A stretch of 34,008 nucleotides of DNA, taken from positions 34,605,813 to 34,639,820 of the forward strand of contig NC_068999.1 in NCBI RefSeq assembly GCF_001194135.2, written 5' to 3'. The notes beneath the pieces were generated by a model, which ran no database searches, was not told where the DNA came from, and was given only the letters and a program-made list of their open reading frames with translations. The DNA is from Octopus bimaculoides (Eukaryota). A program made the position numbers and the translations under genes. How positions within the stretch are numbered: position 1 is the stretch's first letter; the number at the start of each line of letters is the position of its first letter. This document shows positions 10,645-20,667 of the stretch, in pieces.

Positions 10645-11295
10645 GGGTAGTACCGCCTTTGGCAGAATGTGAATGTGGAACGTAAGAGCTGTGACTAAAT
10701 ATCACAAAGTATCTTGCCCGGCGTTCTATCGATTCTAACATATTAAGTATTTACAATTTAGATTCTAGGTTAGCAGTTTTGAGGGGGTTGATATTGACCC
10801 CACTCACCAGCACTTGACCACTACTTTATTTTTTCGAACCTGAATTTAACCACGGTGGGATTGAACTCAGTGGATAAAGAGCCGGAAGAAATACCACGTA
10901 ACAGTTTGTCCGGCGCTCTACTCTAATGATTTCAAAGGAGATAAGCTAAGTCGATTACACCGATCCCCAGTGCGCAATTAAAGCTTATTTTATCGACCCC
11001 TAAGGGATGAAAAGCAAGTCAACTTCAGTGAAATTCGAACAAAGAATGTAAAGAGACAGAAGAAACGCTGTTAGATATTTTTTCCGGCGCTCTACCGATT
11101 CTGCTTTCTACTACAGGCACATGGCTGTACTATAGGCACAAGCCCTGAAATTTTGGGGGGAGGGGGTTAGTGGACTACCTCGACCCCAGTGCTCAACTGG
11201 TACTTTAGACTTTATCGATTTTTGCAAGATGAAAGGTACAGTCAACCTCGGTGGAATTTGAACTCAGAATGTAAAGACAGACGAAATGCTATTGG
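10645..11295 (-). mobile_element. Degenerate cluster of about 4 SINE family 2 units
   Basis: Recurrent CCGGCG(C/T)TCTA..GATTC and GAACTCAG/GAATGTAAAGA motifs near 10715, 10860-10920, 11035-11100 and 11255-11290. Confidence 0.65.
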
Positions 11296-11640
11296 TGGTG
11301 GTGGTTGTAAAGGTAGTGTTCGGGCTCGTAGGCCAGAAGTAATGTTGACTTAACTATATTTGGTCTACCCGCTGACAGTCTGTAGATCTATAAGAATAAG
11401 GCAATGTAAGAATTCGAAATTCCTCGTTGGAAATGTTGGAATCGCTGAAATTGATCGAAGATAAAATGGGAAGAATCATGAAATAAGCTTTATGACGATT
11501 CTACGCCAAATCCACAGCATATCATTGTCCCTCTCCCCAGTTTCTCTCACTTCGAACCGTGTGGCATCGTAAAAATAATATGACCGTTATTTATGTGTTT
11601 GTATGTATACATACATATACAGATGAAAATGTGCCTGCAC

Positions 11641-11883
11641 GAGCGCGTATGTATGCGTATGTATGCGTATGTATGCGTATGTATGTATGTAATATAATAT
11701 AATACATACATACATACATATATATATGTATATATATATATGTATATATATATTATATTATATTATATTATATATATTATATTATATTATATATATTATA
11801 TTATATTATATATATATTACATACACACACGCACGCACACGCACACACACACATGCACACGCGCGCACACACACGCACACGCG

Positions 11884-11914
<31 letters not shown>

Positions 11915-11925
11915 ACACATCACAC
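11641..11925. repeat. Compound (TATG)/(TA)/(TATAT)/(CA) microsatellite
   Basis: Direct reading. Confidence 0.93.
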
Positions 11926-12170
11926 ACTCATAATGTGGTATAAACATTGTACGTCAAATATATGCGTGCGTGTGCTTAGCTAAATTCACGACATTAAGGT
12001 ATATCAACCCTAATTCCCGTCCTTAATTTTATGGAGATCTTCTTATTGGCTTGCAACAGAAAGGAAAAGGAAGATGTGCGTAAAGTTTGGAGTGTCAGGT
12101 GAGAGTGTGTGGTGGAGGGCCGTTACGTATTAGTGTGGTATTTGTTAGTCTATAATACAGAAGCTGCTGT

Positions 12171-12487
12171 GAAGGCGTTGTGGCTTAGTGGTCAGGGTAT
12201 TCGGCTAACGATCGTAAGGTCGTGAGTTCTATTCACGGTGACACGTTGTGTCCTTGAACAAGACACTTTATTTCACGTTGCTCCAGTCCACTCAGCTGGC
12301 AAAAGTGAGTAGTACTTGTATTCTAAAGGGTCAGCCTTGTCGCAATCTGTGTCACGCTGAATCTCCCTGAGAACTGCATTAAGGGTGTGCGTGTCTGTGG
12401 AGTGCCCAGCCACTTGCACGTTAATTTCATGTGCAAGTTTTTTCCGCTGATCGCATCAGTTAGGACCCTCGCCGTCGTAACCGTTGT
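12171..12487 (+). mobile_element. tRNA-headed SINE family 3 with a CORE-like central domain
   Basis: A-box TGGCTTAGTGG, B-box-like GAGTTCTATTC, then GTGTCCTTGAACAAGACACTTTATTTCACGTTGCTCCAGTCCACTCAGCTG. Related copies at 14926, 21960, 29168 and 30538. The CORE label is from recalled consensus. Confidence 0.85.
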
Positions 12488-12735
12488 TGTGTTAGCGTTC
12501 ATGGTTTTGGGGGCTCTAGTGTTAGTTAATAAATATTCATAGAACCAGTTTGTCATCTTTTGAGATTCACACTTCTTATATTCTCCACAAATTTTGACTG
12601 ACTGATCTATTTAAAATTATCTCCCTTCTTTGCATTTACATTTTAAACTCTCCGAATGAAAGATTATGTCTGTCAGTTGCTTGGATAATCTACGCTGGTT
12701 GAAGTGGGCTTTTTTTTTTTTGTTATAAAAATTTT

Positions 12736-13122
12736 AGGCGCAGGAGTGGCTGTATGGTAAGTAGCTTGCTTACCAGCCACAAGGTTCCGGATTCAGTCCC
12801 ACTACACGGCACCTTGGGCAAGTGTCTTCTACTATAGCCTCGGGCTGACCAAAGCTTTATGAGTGGATTTGTTGGACGGAAACGGAAAGAAGCCCGTCGT
12901 ATATGTATATATGTGTGTGTGTGTTTGTGCATCTGTGTTTGTCCCCCACCATCCCTTGACAACCGATGTTAGTGTGTTTACGTCCCTGTAACTTAACGGT
13001 TCGGCAAAAGAGACCAATAGAATAAGTACTAGGCTTACAAAGAATAAGTCTTGTGGTCAGTTTGTTCGACTAAAGGCGGTGGTCCAGCATGGCCGCAGTC
13101 AAATGATTGAAACAAATAAACG
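12736..13122 (+). mobile_element. SINE family 1, near full length
   Basis: High similarity to 6714-7133 and 23282-23700. Confidence 0.93.
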
Positions 13123-13142
13123 AATTTAGCATATATGTGAGA

Positions 13143-13355
13143 ATTAGTGTTTCGACGACTCAGTTGTTGGTTCTCTGAAGAAAATCTTCACAGTGCATTC
13201 TGCCTCAGTGATATTCCATTGAATATCACTGAGGCAAGCGGAAAACTTTAAGTATCTCGGGGCCGGATTCACGAGTGATAGGAAGCAGAAACCTGAATTG
13301 GATGCAAAAATTGCAAGTGCTGGCACAGTAATGTGGCAGCTCCAGTATTCGATCC
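13143..13355 (+). pseudogene. RTE-clade non-LTR retrotransposon RT fragment
   Basis: ISVSTTQLLVL*RKSSQCIL...LRQAENFKYLGAGFTSDRKQKPELDAKIASAGTVMWQL resembles the RTE/Rex3-type FKYLG.FTSDG...EID.RIG.A region. Confidence 0.7.
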
Positions 13356-13474
13356 AAACACGCTAAGTTCAATTCGTTGTTTTTTCTTTGGTTTTTTGTT
13401 TTTGTTTTTTTAGCCTATCCTCTCCTACATCATACATATTGGGTCACGACTGAAAGAGTACGATATGGAGTAAT

Positions 13475-13690
13475 ATTGGTTTCAAATTTTGGTACAAGGC
13501 CAGCAATTTCAGGAGAAGGGGTAAATCGATTACATCGACCCCAATACTCAAATGATACCTATTTTATCGACCCCGAAAGGATGAAAGGTAAAGTCAACCT
13601 CAGCAGAATTTGAATTCGGAACGTAAGAACAGACGAAGTGCCGTTAAGCATTTTGCCGATTTGATTACGATTCTACCAGCATGCCGCCTT
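13475..13690 (-). mobile_element. SINE family 2 (Meta-domain-like), full length, alternative tail
   Basis: Reverse complement begins AAGGCGGCATGCTGGTAGAATCG and contains GACTTTACCTTTCATCCTTTCGGGGTCGATAAAAT. Confidence 0.85.
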
Positions 13691-14387
13691 GCGGTATGGA
13701 ATTATATTAGTCGACAGGCGGCGAAGCTCGGAGAGGAGGGAGTCTCTCAAACCAGAACCACTACTTTTCCGCAGTGACAGGTCTCAGCGCAGAACGTTCA
13801 CAGTTTCTATTATTAACTGATAGATGAGGAAAGAGAAAAAAAANNNNNNNNNNNNNNNNNNNNNNNNNNNNNNNNNNNNNNNNNNNNNNNNNNNNNNNNN
13901 NNNNNNNNNNNNNNNNNNNNNNNNNNNNNNNNNNNNNNNNNNNNNNNNNNNNNNNNNNNNNNNNNNNNNNNNNNNNNNNNNNNNNNNNNNNNNNNNNNNN
14001 NNNNNNNNNNNNNNNNNNNNNNNNNNNNNNNNNNNNNNNNNNNNNNNNNNNNNNNNNNNNNNNNNNNNNNNNNNNNNNNNNNNNNNNNNNNNNNNNNNNN
14101 NNNNNNNNNNNNNNNNNNNNNNNNNNNNNNNNNNNNNNNNNNNNNNNNNNNNNNNNNNNNNNNNNNNNNNNNNNNNNNNNNNNNNNNNNNNNNNNNNNNN
14201 NNNNNNNNNNNNNNNNNNNNNNNNNNNNNNNNNNNNNNNNNNNNNNNNNNNNNNNNNNNNNNNNNNNNNNNNNNNNNNNNNNNNNNNNNNNNNNNNNNNN
14301 NNNNNNNNNNNNNNNNNNNNNNNNNNNNNNNNNNNNNNNNNNNNNNNNNNNNNNNNNNNNNNNNNNNNNNNNNNNNNNNNNNNNNNN

Positions 14388-14925
14388 TTTGCCTTTCATC
14401 CTTTCGGGGTCGATAAATTAAGTACCAGTTACGTACTGGGGTCGATGTAATCGACTTAATCCGTTTGTCTGTCCTTGTTTGTCCCCTCTGTGTGTAGCCC
14501 CTTGTGGGCAGTAAAGAAATAGGTATTTCGTCTGCCACTACGTTCTGAGTTCAAAATTCCGCCGAGGTCGACTTTGCCTTTCATCCTTTCGGGATCGTTT
14601 AAATAAGTACCAGTTACGCATTTGGGGTCGATGTAATGGACTTAACCTCTTTGTCTGTCCTTGTTTGTCTCCTCTGTGTGTAGCCCCTTGTAGGCAGTAA
14701 AGAAATAAGAAACGTTAGCATGCCGGGCGAAATGCTTAGTGGTATTTCGTCTGTCTTTACGTTCTGAGTTCAAATTCCGCCGAGGTCGACTTTGCCTTTC
14801 ATCCTTTCGGGGTCGATTTATTAAGTACCAGTTACGCACTGGGGTCGATGTAATCGACTTAATCCCTTTGTCTCTCCTTGTTTGTCCCCTCTACTATTAG
14901 CTCCTTGTGGGCGATAAGAAATAAG
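14388..14925 (+). mobile_element. Head-to-tail trimer (at least) of SINE family 2
   Basis: Three near-identical units containing TTTGCCTTTCATCCTTTCGGG.TCG..AAGTACCAGTTACG.A.TGGGGTCGATGTAAT.GACTTAA, ending AAGAAATA. The left end is in the gap. Confidence 0.92.
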
Positions 14926-15075
14926 ACTGGCCCCATGAAATACAGGTACTACTCATTTTTGCCAGTTGAGTGGACTGGAGCATTGTTAAATAAAGGGTCT
15001 TGCTCAAGGACACAGCGCGCCGCCGAGAAAGGAAGTCTTGATCTTATGATCGTCAGCCGAATACCTTAACTATTA
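14926..15075 (-). mobile_element. SINE family 3, 5' half
   Basis: Reverse complement matches 12180-12330. Confidence 0.8.
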
Positions 15076-15232
15076 ATCCATCAAGAGGACTCACACACAC
15101 ACACACGCACACACACACACACAACACGAACACAAGCACACACATGTATACATACATATATATATATACATGTATATATATATATACATACACACACGTC
15201 CACATACACATATATGCAGATATATATATATA

Positions 15233-15469
15233 TACCGGAGTAAGCACATAAAAACTGTTCGATGAACGGGAACGTGAAACTCAGAGTAACAGTCTTTTGT
15301 TATATTTCTGCTGCTTTTAAATAAAGTATATATATATATATATATATATATATACCAGAGTAAGCACATAAAATGTGCAACAAGGTGGAAAAAAGAGTAC
15401 TCAAATTCCAGAGGTAGAGTAATATGCTTTATTTAAAAGCAGCAGAAATATAACAAATGACTGTTACTC
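15233..15469. mobile_element. Inverted pair of PLE-terminus-like modules (family B) around (TA)n
   Basis: 15284-15326 is the reverse complement of 15427-15469 (42/43). 21-nt direct repeat TACCRGAGTAAGCACATAAAA at 15233 and 15353. Confidence 0.7.
15254..15293 (+). ncRNA. Type I hammerhead ribozyme-like motif (family B)
   Basis: ACTGT-TCGATGA-ACG GGAA CGT-GAAACT CAG AGTA-ACAGT: perfect 5-bp stem I, 3-bp stems II and III, GUA triplet. The core deviates at positions 3-4. Confidence 0.6.
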
Positions 15470-15558
15470 NNNNNNNNNNNNNNNNNNNNNNNNNNNNNNN
15501 NNNNNNNNNNNNNNNNNNNNNNNNNNNNNNNNNNNNNNNNNNNNNNNNNNNNNNNNNN

Positions 15559-15595
<37 letters not shown>

Positions 15596-16589
15596 AAGTT
15601 AAATAACGAGGGTAGAAATTAATATTAATTAAATTAATATCAATTTAACCAGTGGCCTAGCATATTTAAAAAAATCCGAAGATTCAGAAAAATTATATTA
15701 CATACAAATGAGAGGAATGATCACTAGGTGGATTCCTAATAGGCTAGAGAAAGCCCTCATATGGTCTGACCACTAAGAAAAATACTTCTCAAGAAATTTC
15801 GGCAAACGCCAGAACGTAAAGCGAGCAATACAAATGAAAAGATACAAAAATTAATAGTAATAATAACACCACAAGAACACCAAGAGCTACACAGAGTGAA
15901 TGAAATTCTCCGGTTTCGTAGAAATATTTTCGAAAACTGGTTTGTTACATGTAGATTCGCGGCGAATGCACAAACAGTGTATCGCAGCATGGAATATCGT
16001 CAAAGTTTGTAAAGGAAATCCCATCAAATAGTTTGAATGTTATACTTTCCCCTCTGTTGAGTAATTCTTTGAGAGAACTATGGAATGTAAACAAACAGAA
16101 CAACCGCCATGCCGTTTGGTAAACGAAGTACGGAATCAGGCATTTTAGCAAAACGTCTCTCGTAGGACGTTATAACATCATCACTGACATTCGACGGCAA
16201 GTAATTGAAAAACGGTAAAGAGAGAAGTCACCTGGGAGAAATCTGATAGGGGGAAACTGGCAGAGAAAATTATATTGTACGAGGAAAAAAAAACAAAAAA
16301 CAGAAGACGGAAAGGACCTCGTTGGCCTGTTCTGAAGAACAATGTATGGTAACCTTGACATACTGGCAAACAGTTTCACTCATTACACTGCTAGCGAAAG
16401 GATATAACAATCCATCTGCCAGTGCACTTTATTACAGGCTGCATATTTTTCTCCCAAAATATATGCCAAAAATAAATAGAGCAATAACTGGCTTGTAAGC
16501 AGCAGACGGAGTGTAGCAAGTCTGAGAAGGTGCCAGAGATATTTCCGCTAGCAAAAACGATCCATCAGCATGTTTTTATGCGGTCATTT

Positions 16590-16745
16590 GACTTGATAGA
16601 AATAGCAGCAAAATATCGCCCTAACCACATCTTACGAGCTTCAAAAAAGTTACGACTCTTTAGATAAAGAAAAAAGGAACTGTAACGGACGGAATGCCTT
16701 CTGGATCAGAGTTACGTCGGGTCAGGAGTGAACACAGGCTAACCA
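16590..16745 (+). mobile_element. Unclassified dispersed repeat (family 4) 3' part, ending in (ACC)n
   Basis: Shares GAAATAGC.G..AAAT.TC and GGACGGAATG with 18250-18390. Weaker copies near 17900-18090 and 29900-30065. Confidence 0.45.
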
Positions 16746-16760
16746 CCACCGCCGCCGCCG

Positions 16761-16914
16761 ACCCCAATGCGTAACTGGTACATATTTAATCGACCTCGAA
16801 AGGATGAAAGGCAAAGTCGACCTCGGCGGAATTTGAACTCAGAACATAGCGGCAAACGAAATACCGCTAAGGATTTCGCCCGGCGTGCTAACGTTTCTGC
16901 CAGCTCGCCGCCTT
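16761..16914 (-). mobile_element. SINE family 2, 5' part
   Basis: Reverse complement AAGGCGGCGAGCTGGCAGAAACGTTAGCACGCCGGGCGAAAT..GAGTTCAAATTCCGCCGAGGTCGACTTTGCCTTTCATCC. Confidence 0.92.
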
Positions 16915-18249
16915 GGAAGTTGCAATATTAGAGGAAAACTACAGCAAATGAACCTCTATGCAGCGACTATAACTGTCGAAACAACTGCCATATCTTTCTA
17001 AAAGCACTTAAAAAAATAAAAGCATTTAAGAAGAAAGAATTCATTGGCGAATATGACCCTAGATACACTATGCCTAAAAATCATACAATCCAGCAATGAC
17101 TGCCGTTGCTTGATTACCTTTACTCGCATGGCTGTTCACTCACTGATAACTTTGTTCCTAAATAATAACCGAAGGAAGTTTGAGATAAGTGTACCTCATT
17201 GATAAATGCTAGCACAGTTGTGTATTGCCAAGGTCTCTTCTGTTATAATCAATCACATGAATCAGGTAGATTAACCAATGACTAATAGTCACTGTTATTA
17301 ATGACAGAAGCAAGCAGGGGTTCTTAACAAATAAGCCTAGCCGTCTGAACAATGAAGTTTACAGCGAGGATCATTAAGAAAACGCTGTGGTTACATATCT
17401 GCGTCNNNNNNNNNNNNNNNNNNNNNNNNNNNNNNNNNNNNNNNNNNNNNNNNNCCAACAATTTTGTCGATGATCCTGAAGCTGCTTTCAAGCAAATATA
17501 TAACTGACTCAGGAAACCAATGTTAAAAGCTTATACACGCCTATACTTTCAGAGATTACAGGGATCTTTAAAATACCCGTTTTATTATAGTAAACAGTCC
17601 CATACCATTCTGGTATGGGACTGTCGTCACGTGGACTTAAATGAAGAAATCTCGATTTAAACGTCCTACTCAAAAGACACAATAGAACGCGTGAATGAGA
17701 AATGTAAGCAATAGATTTGAACTTACAATCTCTGTGTTTATAATCCAACAGCCTATCCAATCGGCTTTGGAATGCAATTGAATCAGGATAAATATTTGTT
17801 TGAGGTGAGCATAGGGTAATTTGTAGGTAACTAAAACACGAACACTGATATCAGTATATATGATGATTTATCTCACGTGATTTATACCAAAATTTGAGCA
17901 GGTCACCTGTTCTGTCAGAAATAACAACCAAGCCTGCCCAAAAATTACATTCTGCTATCTTAGAAAAAGGAAAAGAGGCACTGCACTGGCTTATGTAATT
18001 TGTGACACGACTTACAAACAGATGACAGGGTCAAAGCCAGAACGTCGTTGATAATGAGTCTGCTTAACTGTTCTATCAGGGTTAATCTGAGGCGAGACAA
18101 AACCACTCGTTTACTTTGATTCTGTTCACCGTAAAACTTTCTCCTACTGTTTTAGCCATTCGACTATGGCCATTCTGGGGCACAGCTTCGTCTATATAAT
18201 CTCCCCACCACCACCACACTCCAGCCAAATGAGAAGCCACTAAGTGGTT

Positions 18250-18390
18250 ATTTGAACTGCTTGAAATAGCGGTTAAATCTCGTTCAGACAGCATTCCGCC
18301 GTTCAAATAGATACAATATGGACGGAATGGTCATGGTCGGAGTGTCTTTTGTTCATAGGTGCTATCTATCAGTGAAGTCCTATGGTTAAA
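18250..18390 (+). mobile_element. Unclassified dispersed repeat (family 4)
   Basis: See 16590-16745. Its end runs directly into the ACC/ACT array. Confidence 0.45.
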
Positions 18391-18634
18391 TACCACCACC
18401 ACTACCATTACCACTACCACCACTACAACCACCATTACCACCACCACTACTACCACCACTACCACTACTATTACCCCCGCCACTACTACTACTACCGCCA
18501 CCATTACCACCACCATCACTGCCAGTACCACCAGCATCAGCACTACCACACCACTACCAGCACCACCACCCCAACATCACCAACACCACCAGCATCAACA
18601 CCACCACCACCACTACCACCATCACCACCACTAA
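18391..18634. repeat. Degenerate (ACC/ACT)n trinucleotide array
   Basis: Direct reading. Produces spurious poly-T/H/P/V ORFs. Confidence 0.95.
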
Positions 18635-19437
18635 TAACCTATGTTATAAAACAAAATAGGAACATTTATCCAGACAAGGAAGCGGAGGCGCCCCCCCCCC
18701 ATCCGCCGGCCACCCAAAAAAAAGAAGAAAAAGAAAAAAACTTAGTCCTGAGAGCTTTGGCGTGCTGGATTATTTCATTTAAGTAAGAGGAAGAGGAAAG
18801 AAAAGAATGACATTATGAGAGTCCCCTGTAGTCAAGGAAGATTATTCTTGTGGTGATGAATAGCTGTACGTGAGGTGTTTAGACTGGAATGGACTTGTGT
18901 AACAGTTACAGATCAATGTGTGAGAAGATTAATTAACAGGAAGAGAATTGTTGCACATCATATGCAGCTCCAAGTCAATTCGCTGAGAGGGGACGTTTCT
19001 AGGTAACCCGATACTTATTCACGAGATAGTTGAGCGAAGATAAGGTGGTATAAAATGTCCGGCTCAGAATCATATTGAAAGACCTGAAATGTATTCGACC
19101 TGATTCGTGCGTAGGAATCCCAGCACATTGTACATGCAGATATCTTTCTAAAACAATAGAAAATAAATATAATATGATATGGTTACAACTATTCACAAAA
19201 ATATATCTTAATATAAAGGAATTACTATGGAGATACTCTGAGTAAAACCAAAATCAACTGGAGTCACTAAAATATAAAGCTTTAAGGGACAATTCCGTTG
19301 ATATATCGTTAGAAAATCAGCAAAACCATTACACAGCTATTGAGTGACTATTCCAGAGATTAATCAATCCATCACTTAAAACGGTATGCTGCAATTTATC
19401 AAGAAGAAAGGCTAACTATTAATTTACAAAGAAATAA

Positions 19438-19632
19438 AAGGCGACGAGCTGGCAGAATCATTAGCACGCCGGACAAAATGCTTAGCGGCATTTCGTCCGT
19501 CTTTACGTTCTGAGTTCAAATTCTGCTGAGGTCGACTTTGCCTTTCACCCTCTCGAGTTGAGTACTATGGTCGATGAAATTGACTTACACCCTTTCCCAG
19601 TCTTGTAGCTTTGTGCCAAAATTTGAAATCAA
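19438..19632 (+). mobile_element. SINE family 2, with small internal deletion
   Basis: AAGGCGACGAGCTGGCAGAATCATTAGCACGCCGG..GAGTTCAAATTC..GTCGACTTTGCCTTTCA..GTGCCAAAATTTGAAATC. Confidence 0.88.
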
Positions 19633-19823
19633 TTTGAGAGAAATAAGGTGCTACCATTTCTTTGTGATAAAAAGAAATATCTGTCCATATTAGTGAAAAT
19701 GGAATTACATGTAATACCTGCAGACTGAAGCCCAATATTGGTAACTGTTTGATTTTGTTTCAAAATCTGGTGTGTAAATTGTAATTGCAACAAAGATATC
19801 AAGTCTGCATCCATAAACACACC

Positions 19824-19846
19824 TCTCTGTCTGTCTCTGTCTGTCA

Positions 19847-19905
<59 letters not shown>

Positions 19906-19908
19906 TCT
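19824..19908. repeat. (CTGT)n/(CT)n microsatellite
   Basis: Direct reading. Confidence 0.95.
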
Positions 19909-20252
19909 CGTTTTAACGGTTATAACAAAAGCATTAATGACAGTAATAATTACATCTGTCCTGAACTGAAGTCATGGTTATTAACTGGGAAAGAGATGTA
20001 GTATGATTTTATTGATTCTTCTGACACTACATGCTAGCTGTGGTGACTGGTGGCAGGGAGAAGGACGATATCCATGAAATAATATGAATAATATTTTACG
20101 AGGTCAAAAGTTCCAACGGTGGCTATTTTGGACGTATTTGCGTAAACATTGCTGGAATTGCTTCTTTTAAGGGCAACATGTATTTGAAAAGGCTTGGGTA
20201 GAAGATTTTTGACACATTTCGCGCGTGAATGAGTGAATACTTTCCATCATTC

Positions 20253-20639
20253 ATTAGTTTCTGTCATTCGACTGTGGCCATTCTTGAGCACCACCTTCAA
20301 GGGTTTTAGTTTTAATCGAACAAATCGACTTCTGTACTTATTTTAAAGTCTGGTACTTTAAAAGTCTGGTACTTATTCTATCATGTTTCCCTAGCTGAAC
20401 CGCTAAGATACAGGAGGTAACCTAGCAGTGTGTTTGTGTGGGACATGTACACACATACACGCAAACACGCACACGCACACACAAACATTAATATATATCT
20501 GTGACGGGATTCCATACAGTTTCCGTCTTCCAAATTCACTTACAAGGTATTCGTAGAAGACTAAAGTACCAAGCACAATGAGTGAATTCGAAACCTCGTC
20601 ACTGCAAAGTGAGCTTCTTAACTACACAGCCACGTCTGC
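20253..20639 (-). mobile_element. SINE family 1, old copy
   Basis: Reverse-complement tail GTTTCTGTCATTCGACTGTGGCCATTCTTGAGCACCACC and head ACTACACAGCCACGTCTG. Confidence 0.75.
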
Positions 20640-20667
20640 ACCCATAAAATAAATTGATAAAATTAAA

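Noticed and set aside
14388-14925. Regular repeats as a CRISPR-like array
   Set aside because: The units are long SINE copies without unique spacers, in eukaryotic context.
18382-18786. His-rich and Thr-rich ORFs
   Set aside because: Translations of an ACC/ACT array seeded at the tail of a dispersed repeat.
18999-19150. Minus-strand acceptor followed by open frames
   Set aside because: Three frames are equally plausible, with no convincing donor or recognisable homology.
20039-20077. CGDWWQGEGRYP, SH3-like motif
   Set aside because: The spacing between WW and GxxP is too short and a stop follows immediately.
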